Shown one piece after another: positions 18,381 through 26,834 of a DNA stretch of 38,087 nt. The stretch comes from an uncultured Victivallales bacterium. GTDB taxonomy: Bacteria; Verrucomicrobiota; Lentisphaeria; Victivallales; UBA1829. The translations under genes and the position numbers were made by a program. The notes below the pieces were generated by a model. That model did not search any database, had not been told where the DNA came from, and was given only the letters and a program-made list of their open reading frames with translations. The stretch lies in assembly GCA_964483055.1 (NCBI GenBank), contig CAZAAM010000001.1, positions 1 to 38,087 of the forward strand. The letters are read 5' to 3'. Each line of letters starts with the position of its first letter. Within the stretch, counting starts at the first letter, position 1.

Positions 18381-20759
18381 ATGTATCAAGTTCAGAAACG
18401 CGACGGCAAGGCAGTAGACTTCAACTTGACGAAAATTTCCGACGCTATCAAGATGGCGTTCGAAGCGCAAGAAAAGCAGTACCATCCTTCCGTGATCGAC
18501 TTTCTCGCGCTGAAAGTCACCGCGGACTTTGAAAGCAAGATCAAGGAGGGACTCATCTCGGTCGAAGCGATTCAGGACAGCGTGGAAGCCGTTCTGGTTC
18601 AGGCCGGATACGCGGACGTCGCCAAGGCATACATTTTGTATCGTCGTCAGCGCGAAAAGCTCCGCAACGTAAAATCAACGATTCTGGACTACAAGGCGAT
18701 CGTGAACGACTACGTCAAGTTCAACGACTGGCGCGTCAAGGAAAACTCCACTGTGACTTACAGCGTCGGCGGACTGATTCTTTCCAATTCCGGAGCGATC
18801 ACGGCGAACTACTGGCTTTCCGAAGTCTATGACGATGAAATCGCCAATGCGCACCGTAATGCAGACATCCACATTCACGACCTTTCCATGCTGACCGGGT
18901 ACTGCGCAGGCTGGTCTCTCAAGCAGTTGATTCAGGAAGGGCTCGGAGGCGTTCCGGGAAAGATCACAAGCTCTCCCGCGAGCCACCTTGCAACCCTCTG
19001 CAACCAGATGGTGAACTTCCTCGGCATCATGCAGAACGAATGGGCGGGCGCGCAGGCGTTCTCCTCGTTCGACACGTATCTTGCGCCGTTCGTCAAAGCA
19101 GACAACCTGAATTACACGCAGGTCAAGAAGTGCATCGAATCCTTCATCTTCGGCGTAAACACGCCTTCCCGCTGGGGCACCCAGTCGCCCTTTTCCAACA
19201 TCACGCTCGACTGGACCGTTCCGGACGACCTTGCGGAGCTCAATGCGATTGTCGGCGGCAAGGAAATGCCCTTCAAGTATAAGGACTGCAAGAAGGAAAT
19301 GGACATGGTCAACAAGGCGTTCATCGAAACGATGATCGAAGGCGACGCCAATGGACGCGGCTTCCAATATCCGATTCCGACCTACTCCATCACACGCGAT
19401 TTCGACTGGTCGGAAACAGAGAACAACCGCCTCCTCTTTGAGATGACCTCCAAATACGGCACCCCATACTTCTCCAACTACATCAACAGCGACATGGAAC
19501 CGAGCGACATCCGCAGCATGTGCTGCCGCCTGCGCCTTGATCTGCGCGAACTCCGCAAAAAGACCGGCGGCTTCTTCGGCAGCGGCGAAAGCACCGGCTC
19601 CATCGGCGTCGTCACTATCAACATGCCGCGCATCGCCTACCTTTCCAAGGACAAGGAGGATTTCTTCCGTCGTCTGGACCACATGATGGACATCGCCGCG
19701 CGTTCGCTCAAGATCAAGCGCACGGTCGTCACGAAGCTCCTGAACGAGGGACTGTATCCCTACACGAAGCGCTATCTCGGCAAGTTCGACAACCATTTCT
19801 CCACGATCGGACTCGTCGGAATGAATGAAGTCGGCCTTAACGCGAACTGGCTTCGCGCCGACATGACCCACAAGTGCACGCAGGAATTCACCAAAGAGGT
19901 CCTGCTCCATATGCGCGACCGACTCTCCGACTATCAGGAGGAATACGGCGATCTCTACAACTTGGAGGCCACCCCCGCGGAGTCCACCAGCTACCGTCTC
20001 GCCCGTCATGACAAGAAGCGCTTCCCGGATATCAAGACAGCCTCCAACGATGGAGAGACCCCCTATTACACCAACAGCTCGCATCTCCCCGTCGACTACA
20101 CGGATGACATCTTTTCCGCGCTCGATATTCAGGATGAGCTTCAGACGCTCTACACGTCCGGAACGGTCTTCCATGCATTCCTTGGCGAAAAGCTGCCTGA
20201 CTGGAAGAGCGCCGCGCGTCTCGTCCGCACCATCGCCGAAAACTACAAGCTCCCCTACTACACCATTTCTCCGACCTACTCCGTCTGCAAGAATCACGGC
20301 TATATCGCCGGAGAAATGTACGAATGCCCGGAATGCGGACAACAGAACGAGGTCTACAGCCGCATCACCGGCTACTATCGCCCCGTTCAACACTGGAACG
20401 ACGGCAAATCTCAGGAATACAAGCAGCGCAAGACCTACAACGCCGCAGCGTCCTTGGCGCGCAAGGAAGGCAGGACGACGCACGTGGACAAGTCTGCCGC
20501 GCCGGAAACCCGGAACGACCATCTGATCCTCTTCTCCACGAAGACTTGTCCCAACTGCAAGATGGCCAAGGTCTTCCTCGACAAAGCCGGGATCGCCTAC
20601 GACGTCGTTCTCGCGAACGAGGACATCGAAACCTCTGACCGCTACGGCGTTCGTCAGGCGCCGACCCTGATCGTCGAGAAGGATGGCAAGACGGAGAAGA
20701 TCGTCAACGTCTCCAACATCCGCAAATACATCGAACAAAAGATGCACGCGGCGGTTTGA
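18381..20759 (+). CDS. nrdD: Class III (anaerobic) ribonucleoside-triphosphate reductase with N-terminal ATP-cone and C-terminal redoxin domain
   Basis: ATP-cone VQKRDGKAVDFNLTKISDAI; thiyl-loop context SMCCRLRLD; Zn ribbon CKNHG...CPECG; glycyl-radical motif SRITGYYRP. An extra tail of about 80 aa follows (next feature). Confidence 0.95.
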   Translation: MYQVQKRDGKAVDFNLTKISDAIKMAFEAQEKQYHPSVIDFLALKVTADFESKIKEGLISVEAIQDSVEAVLVQAGYADVAKAYILYRRQREKLRNVKSTILDYKAIVNDYVKFNDWRVKENSTVTYSVGGLILSNSGAITANYWLSEVYDDEIANAHRNADIHIHDLSMLTGYCAGWSLKQLIQEGLGGVPGKITSSPASHLATLCNQMVNFLGIMQNEWAGAQAFSSFDTYLAPFVKADNLNYTQVKKCIESFIFGVNTPSRWGTQSPFSNITLDWTVPDDLAELNAIVGGKEMPFKYKDCKKEMDMVNKAFIETMIEGDANGRGFQYPIPTYSITRDFDWSETENNRLLFEMTSKYGTPYFSNYINSDMEPSDIRSMCCRLRLDLRELRKKTGGFFGSGESTGSIGVVTINMPRIAYLSKDKEDFFRRLDHMMDIAARSLKIKRTVVTKLLNEGLYPYTKRYLGKFDNHFSTIGLVGMNEVGLNANWLRADMTHKCTQEFTKEVLLHMRDRLSDYQEEYGDLYNLEATPAESTSYRLARHDKKRFPDIKTASNDGETPYYTNSSHLPVDYTDDIFSALDIQDELQTLYTSGTVFHAFLGEKLPDWKSAARLVRTIAENYKLPYYTISPTYSVCKNHGYIAGEMYECPECGQQNEVYSRITGYYRPVQHWNDGKSQEYKQRKTYNAAASLARKEGRTTHVDKSAAPETRNDHLILFSTKTCPNCKMAKVFLDKAGIAYDVVLANEDIETSDRYGVRQAPTLIVEKDGKTEKIVNVSNIRKYIEQKMHAAV
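20517..20756 (+). other. Glutaredoxin/NrdH-like thioredoxin-fold domain fused to the NrdD C-terminus
   Basis: DHLILFSTKTCPNCKMAKVFLDKAGIAYDVVLANEDIETSDRYGVRQAPTLIVEKDGK has a CPNC active site after a beta-strand and the cis-Pro context (QAPTL). It is joined to the Gly-radical domain by a polar linker of about 35 aa. Confidence 0.8.
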
Positions 20760-20787
20760 TCCGCCGCGGCGCCATGGAGCGACGAGC

Positions 20788-21711
20788 ATGTACGACATCA
20801 TCATCATCGGAGCCGGACCGGCAGGCCTGACAGCCGCCGTCTACGCCTGCCGCGCCGGCAAGTCCGTTCTGATTTTAGAAAAGGAATCCTTTGGCGGACA
20901 AATGACCCAATCGCCGAAAATTGAAAACTATCCCGGCTTCCGGGAAACCAGCGGCAACGAACTTGCAGATAAAATGGTCGATCAGGTCCTTGCTCTCGGA
21001 GCCGAAATCGAGGTCGACAAGGTCATCGCCGTTCGCAAAGAGCCGAAATGCATGGCCGTTGCAACGGAAAATGCGGAATACTTTTCCAAGGCGATCATCG
21101 TGGCCGCAGGATGCCGCCACCGCATGCTCGACGTCGAACGGGAAGAGGAGCTGATCGGATCCGGCGTCTCCTACTGCTCGCTTTGCGACGGAGCGTTTTA
21201 TGCGGGAAAGGACGTCGCAGTAATCGGCGGAGGCAACTCCGCGTTGCAGGACGCAATTCTGCTTGCCGGCATCTGCCGCAAGGTGACGGTCGTCCAAAAT
21301 CTTTCTGAACTGACTGGAGAGGCATGTCTTGCTAAAACGGCGCAAGCCTTTGAGAACGTGGAATTCATCTACGATTCCGTCGTTGCGGAACTGGAAGCGG
21401 ACTCCGCGCTCAAGGCGATCATCGTAGAAAACACTCAGACGAAGATCCGCACGCGAATTCCAGTCGACGGAGTCTTCATCGCCATTGGACAAATCCCTGA
21501 AAACGAGCCATTCGACTCCGTATGCTTTGTCGGCGAAAATGGGTACATCGAATCGGACGAATCCTGCATGACATGCACGCCTGGAATTTTCGCGGCCGGA
21601 GACTGCCGCACTAAGCGCGTGCGTCAGATCGTTACCGCCGTCGCCGACGGTTCCGTCGCCGCGCTCGCGGCATGCGCTTGGATCGACCGCAAGGACAAGG
21701 AAGAGAAATGA
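20788..21711 (+). CDS. Low-Mr thioredoxin-reductase-like flavoprotein lacking the HRRxxxR NADPH motif
   Basis: Track ORF 20683..21711; the ATG at 20788 follows GGAG. FAD site IIIIGAGPAGLTAAVYA, redox CSLCDG, second dinucleotide site VIGGGNSALQDA, GD motif FAAGDC. Where E. coli TrxB has VHLIHRRDGFRAE, this protein has VTVVQNLSELTGE. Confidence 0.85.
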   Translation: MYDIIIIGAGPAGLTAAVYACRAGKSVLILEKESFGGQMTQSPKIENYPGFRETSGNELADKMVDQVLALGAEIEVDKVIAVRKEPKCMAVATENAEYFSKAIIVAAGCRHRMLDVEREEELIGSGVSYCSLCDGAFYAGKDVAVIGGGNSALQDAILLAGICRKVTVVQNLSELTGEACLAKTAQAFENVEFIYDSVVAELEADSALKAIIVENTQTKIRTRIPVDGVFIAIGQIPENEPFDSVCFVGENGYIESDESCMTCTPGIFAAGDCRTKRVRQIVTAVADGSVAALAACAWIDRKDKEEK

Positions 21712-21741
21712 TCGAACGCCGAATCGAACGGGACGCCTGAC

Positions 21742-22590
21742 ATGATCGAGCCGCAAGACTATTTGGAGCCGCCCTGCCCCTTAGATTCCGCCGCCTGCTC
21801 CTGCAATGGCTCGCATCGCCATGCAGAGCGCCGACACGGAGCCCCGCAACGCCGCATCCCGCTGGCAAAGGTCATTGCGGAATGCGACGCACTGTTCAAC
21901 GCGGAAAAGATGGACGAGCTTGGTTTGCATCTGCGTCGCTGGCTGGCGGAAGCGCGCGCGATCGAGGATCGTCAGAGCGAACTGTCGATTCTGAACGAGC
22001 TCATGGGCCATTACCGCATGACTGGCGACAAGGAACGCGGCCTGCTGGCCGTGCGGGACGGCTTTCGTCTTCTTGCAGAGCTCGGAATCGGCGGAAGCGT
22101 CAGCGCCGGGACAATCCTCATCAACGGCGCGACGGCCCTGAAAGAATTCGGCGAAACCGAAGAGGCGCTCGCCCGCTATGCGGACGCATTTCGTTGCTAT
22201 GACAAGCATTTGGATCCAAACGACTGGCGTTTCGCAAGTCTGCTGAACAACATGGCCGCCGCCTATGCGGAGTCCGGCGACATTGAACGCGCGGAGGCTT
22301 ATTACGGCAAGGCGCTCGACGTGCTTGCCGCATGTGGAAACAGGATTGATGCAGCCGTCACGCATGTCAATCTTGCACAGCTTCGGCATCAAGTCGATCC
22401 TGAAGACAAACGCATCGCGGAGGATCTTGATCGCGCACTGGAATGTCTGAACGATCCGGACGTGAAGCGCGACGGATATTATGCTCACACATGTCGCAAA
22501 TGCGCCTCTGCATTCGATTTCTTCGGTTGGTTTCGTGATGGCGCGGATTTGAACAAGCGCGCAGACGCCATCTATCATGCAAGGACTTGA
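21742..22590 (+). CDS. Tetratricopeptide-repeat protein, function unknown
   Basis: TPR-like text (LNELMGHYRMTGDKERGL; LLNNMAAAYAESGDIERAEAYYGKALDVL). Cys/His-rich N-terminus PPCPLDSAACSCNGSHRH. Begins 30 nt after the TrxR-like gene. Confidence 0.65.
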   Translation: MIEPQDYLEPPCPLDSAACSCNGSHRHAERRHGAPQRRIPLAKVIAECDALFNAEKMDELGLHLRRWLAEARAIEDRQSELSILNELMGHYRMTGDKERGLLAVRDGFRLLAELGIGGSVSAGTILINGATALKEFGETEEALARYADAFRCYDKHLDPNDWRFASLLNNMAAAYAESGDIERAEAYYGKALDVLAACGNRIDAAVTHVNLAQLRHQVDPEDKRIAEDLDRALECLNDPDVKRDGYYAHTCRKCASAFDFFGWFRDGADLNKRADAIYHART

Positions 22591-23503
22591 TCTAGCAAAA
22601 GCCTTTTATCTGGAATGCGTTCTTCCTATGCTTGAACGCGACTTTTCCAAAGAGCTTCCTCGCATCGCGATCGGCTTGGCGGGACGCGGCTCCGAATGCT
22701 TCGGCTTTGATGACGACATCTCGCGCGACCATGACTTTCAGATCGGCGTTCTGCTATGGATCACGCCGGAAGACGATGCGGCGTTCGGACATCGTTTGAT
22801 GCGTTCCTATTGCATGCTCCCAAAGGAGTTCCGCGGAATTCGAATGCAAAAGCGCAGCGCAGGCGGATTTGTTGAGCATGGAGTCTGTTCCATCCCTGAC
22901 TTCTTCGAACTGCACATTGGAATTCCCGGCGCCCCGCGAACTTGGCAGGAATGGCTTGACACGCCGGATTACGCTTTCGCGGAAGCGACGAACGGTGTCG
23001 TCTTCCGAGACGATTCCGGCGTCTTTTCCGGCGTGCGGGAAACGATCCTGCATGGCATGCCCGAGGATGTTCGCCTCAAGAAAATGGCGGCGAGAGCGGC
23101 TCTTATGGCACAGTCCGGACAATACAATTTCTCTCGCTGCGAAAGGCGCGGAGAACGCGGCGCGGCAACCCTCGCCCTTGCGGAATTCGTCCGCAACGCG
23201 ATCCCCCTTGTCTTTCTCCTGAACAAGTCCTTTGCGCCCTATGAAAAATGGATGTTTCGCGCCATGCGGTCTTTGCCCCGACTGGGCTTTCTTGCTGACG
23301 ACCTGACGCATCTGCTCGTCGGCGCCGAACCGCCTCCGCGCAAAACCGCTCGTTTGGAATTCATCTGTGCGAAAATCATCGAAGAGCTTAAAAGACAAGG
23401 CATTTCCGACTCGAACAGCGACTACTTGGAACATCATGCGCTTTCCATGACGAAACGGATTCGCAACCATGACATTCGCGCACTGCATCTCATGGAAGGA
23501 TAA
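22577..23503 (+). CDS. DUF4037-type protein with Pol-beta-like nucleotidyltransferase signature
   Basis: The N-terminus GLAGRGSECFGFDDDISRDHDF fits the hG[GS]x9-13Dh[DE]h NTase motif. The overall text resembles DUF4037 family members (recalled, not searched). It overlaps the TPR gene by 14 nt. Confidence 0.65.
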   Translation: MQGLDLAKAFYLECVLPMLERDFSKELPRIAIGLAGRGSECFGFDDDISRDHDFQIGVLLWITPEDDAAFGHRLMRSYCMLPKEFRGIRMQKRSAGGFVEHGVCSIPDFFELHIGIPGAPRTWQEWLDTPDYAFAEATNGVVFRDDSGVFSGVRETILHGMPEDVRLKKMAARAALMAQSGQYNFSRCERRGERGAATLALAEFVRNAIPLVFLLNKSFAPYEKWMFRAMRSLPRLGFLADDLTHLLVGAEPPPRKTARLEFICAKIIEELKRQGISDSNSDYLEHHALSMTKRIRNHDIRALHLMEG

Positions 23504-23506
23504 GCG

Positions 23507-23521
23507 CATTGAAATTCAATG
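23507..23521. terminator. 15-bp perfect palindrome CATTGAAATTCAATG in the 31-bp gap between convergent genes
   Basis: Read directly. Arms CATTGAA/TTCAATG. AT-rich with no U-tract, so terminator function is uncertain; it could equally be a protein-binding site. Confidence 0.25.
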
Positions 23522-23534
23522 GGCTGCGGCGGAA

Positions 23535-24758
23535 TCACCTGCCCTTGCCGGAAATGGAAATGCAAGATGCCGCGGAGCCTCTGTTCGCCAGAGAATAGGC
23601 GGGGCGCACGGTCGTCCGCTCGGAAAGAGGCGGCATGTGATCCAGAACGATGTCCGGAATCCGCCAGCACTCGCCGCGAAGGGCGTTCAATTGTGCAAGA
23701 AGTTCGTTTGGAGCTGTTTTTGAATATTGGAGCGCATTGCGAACGGCGACGGCGGCGAATGAGAAAAGCGGATATTTCGAAGCTGAATTCTTGAAATGCT
23801 CCGTCGCTTCGGCATATAGTGCGTCGAAACTCTTCGGATTGCGCTTGCACGCCTCGATCAACAGGGCGTGCTCCCATGCGCCGTAATCGTCGGGACAGAT
23901 TCGGATTCCCAGACGGCAGAGCGCAGAGGCCAGTTCGCTGTTCCTCTGATTCAGAAAGACTCCGAGACCGATCAGGCCTTTGATTACGCGATGATTCTCC
24001 TGCGTGAGCTGCGGCGGATCCAGACGAAGAATCCGTTCGTACCAGTCGTGGTATTTCTCCGTCAAATAGTGCGCCATCCATGCAAAATCGCGCTTGTTGT
24101 TTTGGATGTAAATATGGGAGTTCTGCCGCGCGTGCACGCGATAGAGAGTGCGCGGCCGCACATCGTAATGAAAGTCCGAATCTTCCGCGAAACGGATCAT
24201 CAGGAAGACGTCGTCGTTGATCGAGCTTCCTTCCAGCGGACGGAAGCTGTCGTGCCGGAGAAGATCGCTCTTGCGGATCAGCATTGCATTGATGTTGATT
24301 TTCGGAGTGAAGAAGGCGGAAAAGCAGGAAATATCGGCGCCGTGCACTTCGCCGGTCAAGCCCCGATCGTTGAACAGGAACTTGCGCGCATAACTCGCGC
24401 AATAGTGCGGATTCGCGTCGAGAAATTCGATGAGACCGCGCAGGTCGAACGGCAGCATGACGTCATCCTGGTCGAAGGAAATGACATAGCGGCCGCGGCT
24501 TTCCGCTGTCATGACGCAACGCGCCTTGCCGATTCCTCCGTTCGTCTTCGTCCCCAGCGTCCGAATCAAATCCGGAGCTTTCCTGCGCGCCTCTTCCAAC
24601 AGGGTCGCCGCGCCGTCCGGCGAAGCGTCGTCGTACAGCAGAATCTCCGCCGGTCCGTAGTATCGAGCGACGCGGACGACGCTCGCAAGCATTGTCCGAA
24701 AATGCTCCGGATTCGGCTTGTAAACCGGAATGATGAAGGATGCGACTGGGTTCCGCAT
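23535..24758 (-). CDS. Family-2 glycosyltransferase with helical C-terminal domain
   Basis: Track ORF 23535..24977; the ATG at 24758 gives MRNPVASFIIPVYKPNPEHF..., ILLYDDASPDG, ISFDQDDVMLP (DxD). The C-terminal 150 aa or so are helical and possibly TPR-like. Confidence 0.8.
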   Translation of the reverse strand: MRNPVASFIIPVYKPNPEHFRTMLASVVRVARYYGPAEILLYDDASPDGAATLLEEARRKAPDLIRTLGTKTNGGIGKARCVMTAESRGRYVISFDQDDVMLPFDLRGLIEFLDANPHYCASYARKFLFNDRGLTGEVHGADISCFSAFFTPKININAMLIRKSDLLRHDSFRPLEGSSINDDVFLMIRFAEDSDFHYDVRPRTLYRVHARQNSHIYIQNNKRDFAWMAHYLTEKYHDWYERILRLDPPQLTQENHRVIKGLIGLGVFLNQRNSELASALCRLGIRICPDDYGAWEHALLIEACKRNPKSFDALYAEATEHFKNSASKYPLFSFAAVAVRNALQYSKTAPNELLAQLNALRGECWRIPDIVLDHMPPLSERTTVRPAYSLANRGSAASCISISGKGR

Positions 24759-24784
24759 GTCGATTCCGCGCCTCTTTCGCTCAT

Positions 24785-26179
24785 TCAGCGTTTCTTTTTG
24801 ACGATAGGCGAATAATCGATGTTCGGATGCGTGAAATACGCAGGCCCCTGAATCTCCTTCGCCGCAATGCGCGCCTGAAACGCCGGAATCCGCTCGATCG
24901 TCTCCATGACCATCTTCGGCGTGATCGCGCGCGTGCACTCGATTTCGCGTTGCGTGCCGGCATGGCGCGGACACCAAACAGGGGCTTTCGGATCGAAGAA
25001 TTCGCGGGAGTCGTTCCAGCAGCCGTGGCAGAACAGGAAGTTCGTAACACGGTAGGGCGTCGGAAATTCGCTTCCGTCCAGAGTGAAGCCGGCAAGCATC
25101 ACGACAGGGATGTCGCAGTTCCAGGCGAGCCAGGAAAGTCCGCTCGGCAAGCCTATGAAGAAGTCGGCATGCTCCATCAGACGCATGCGTTCGCTGATCG
25201 GCTTGAACCCAGTAAGATCCTCCGCTTCCGTCGGAACTTGAAAATGGCGTCCTGCGAAGTAAAGGTCATGATCGCGGTCGATGCACAGCACGCGGTAGCC
25301 GAACCCCTTGAGCCAACGAATGATCGTGTTCCAGCCGTCCGGGAAGTTCCAGTATTTCGCCGGATTCGTCGCCATGGTGGATATGACAACGAAAGGCTCC
25401 TGAAACGGGCGCGGACTGCCGAGTCGCATTCGGCATTTGATATCCTGAAGGGGAACGTCGAGAATCGCTTCTACCGCGCGCTGCATGCCGAGATTCTGAT
25501 GATCGATCGGACGCCACGGCTTCTTCTCTTCCGAAAAGATTCCGCAGAAATAGCATGCGTAAGCATCCTTGAGGGAGGGTTTTTCTCCAATGGGCAGAAA
25601 CTTCAAACCGGGATACATGTCTCGCCCCAGCCAACGAATCATCCATTCGCCCATGACGCATGTGACATCCGCGTGCTTCAGCTTGCGAAACTCCTCCACG
25701 ATAGGCAGCCATGCCAGATTGTCGCCGAGTCCGCCGTCCGGAACGATGACGTACACCTTGCGACCCCTGCAGTCGTAGTCGTAGCTCCAAAGCGGCTCGC
25801 AGGATCCGTCCTCCTTCTTCTTATCGACTTCGATGTGATATGGGATGAAGAACTTCCGCTCTCCGACGAGCATCGTTCCGCCCTTGGCATCGTGCGAAGA
25901 CAGCATCGAGCCGCTCCGCATGTCGTAGATGCGGACTTGAAACATGTCGTCGCTCTTCGGCAGAAGCACGCGAACGCCATAGGCGAAATCGTAACGTATT
26001 CCGTGTTCGCCTTCGTGAACCGGGCGCTCCGCGATGGAAACCGAGCATTGGCTGTTGCGCGGATCGGGCCCGATATCCGGTCCGATCGGGGGCGGAGCCT
26101 TGCGCGACGGGGCGCCGAGCATGCCGGGCATGCTTGCATTGAATACGAGCGGGGTGTTCTTGAACTGGTAAGTGGCCAT
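24785..26179 (-). CDS. TibC/Aah-type (BAHT family) protein O-heptosyltransferase-like enzyme
   Basis: GAGGAG SD. Text closely parallels autotransporter heptosyltransferases as I recall them: YDYDCRGRKVYVIVPDGGLGDNLAWLPIVEEF, KYWNFPDGWNTIIRWLKGFGYRVLCID, GLPSGLSWLAWNCDIPVVMLAGFT. A four-Cys iron-finger-like set is present: CHGCWND...WCPRH...ECTR. Confidence 0.8.
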   Translation of the reverse strand: MATYQFKNTPLVFNASMPGMLGAPSRKAPPPIGPDIGPDPRNSQCSVSIAERPVHEGEHGIRYDFAYGVRVLLPKSDDMFQVRIYDMRSGSMLSSHDAKGGTMLVGERKFFIPYHIEVDKKKEDGSCEPLWSYDYDCRGRKVYVIVPDGGLGDNLAWLPIVEEFRKLKHADVTCVMGEWMIRWLGRDMYPGLKFLPIGEKPSLKDAYACYFCGIFSEEKKPWRPIDHQNLGMQRAVEAILDVPLQDIKCRMRLGSPRPFQEPFVVISTMATNPAKYWNFPDGWNTIIRWLKGFGYRVLCIDRDHDLYFAGRHFQVPTEAEDLTGFKPISERMRLMEHADFFIGLPSGLSWLAWNCDIPVVMLAGFTLDGSEFPTPYRVTNFLFCHGCWNDSREFFDPKAPVWCPRHAGTQREIECTRAITPKMVMETIERIPAFQARIAAKEIQGPAYFTHPNIDYSPIVKKKR

Positions 26180-26215
26180 GCCGATTCTCCTCGCGTTTGC
26201 GTCGTTCCGCGGCTC

Positions 26216-26740
26216 CTATGCTATGTCTGCATTGCGTGTGAATTGCCGCCCATGTCCGCGGAAAGGCTGCAACTGTCGTTTTCTCATGAGGAAAGCGCCG
26301 AATTCCAGAATGCGATTTCGCCGTCCCGGACGGCGTTTCCTGTGGAGAAGTCCACATTCTTTGGATTCGCGCAGAATATGAATTCGATTCGAGTCCAAGC
26401 GCTGGTCTCCGCATCGACCGATGTCGTCGGAGTCAGCGCGCCGTCCGTGAAATCGTTCGTCTCCGCCTGTCTGAGGCTCGTCGCTCAGAAGAATTTCGCA
26501 GAGATCGAAACCGCGTTCATGCCGTCCGAAAACGACGGGGACGCAAGCTCGGACGTCGCATGCGCCGCGGGACACGCGGACGCATCCGACCGGGTCGATT
26601 TCGATTCCGGAAATCCGTTGATCGGAGGAGATGCGAGATACGGCGCGAGAAAGCGGATTCGCCTGATTCAAGTCAGGGCGAATGCCGATGGAAAGAAGCC
26701 GAACGCCGGCGTTCGGCGCTGTTCCTCTCCATGCGTCCAT
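26216..26740 (-). CDS. Hypothetical protein; strand and frame unresolved (see findings)
   Basis: AGGAGA-9 nt-ATG at 26740 and operon-compatible spacing support this ORF. However, the product is about 16% Arg and resembles the antisense shadow ORFs elsewhere. The codon-aligned plus frame and a second minus frame both look at least as protein-like. Confidence 0.35.
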   Translation of the reverse strand: MDAWRGTAPNAGVRLLSIGIRPDLNQANPLSRAVSRISSDQRISGIEIDPVGCVRVSRGACDVRACVPVVFGRHERGFDLCEILLSDEPQTGGDERFHGRRADSDDIGRCGDQRLDSNRIHILRESKECGLLHRKRRPGRRNRILEFGAFLMRKRQLQPFRGHGRQFTRNADIA

Positions 26741-26834
26741 ATTTCCATCTCTCCTGATTTTCATTCTTGCATATTCCGTGTTCTTCAAAAACTTTCGTCG
26801 CGTTTCAGCGACGGGAATAGGAGCGGCTCACTTT

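Noticed and set aside
18675-20807. 710-aa minus-strand ORF opposite nrdD.
   Set aside because: It is an antisense shadow of an unmistakable NrdD. It stays open only because the sense strand avoids TTA/CTA/TCA codons.
24740-26179. The part of the 707-aa plus-strand ORF that lies opposite the heptosyltransferase gene.
   Set aside because: It has Arg-rich shadow composition opposite a strongly recognisable gene. Only its tail beyond about 26250 remains an open question (see findings).
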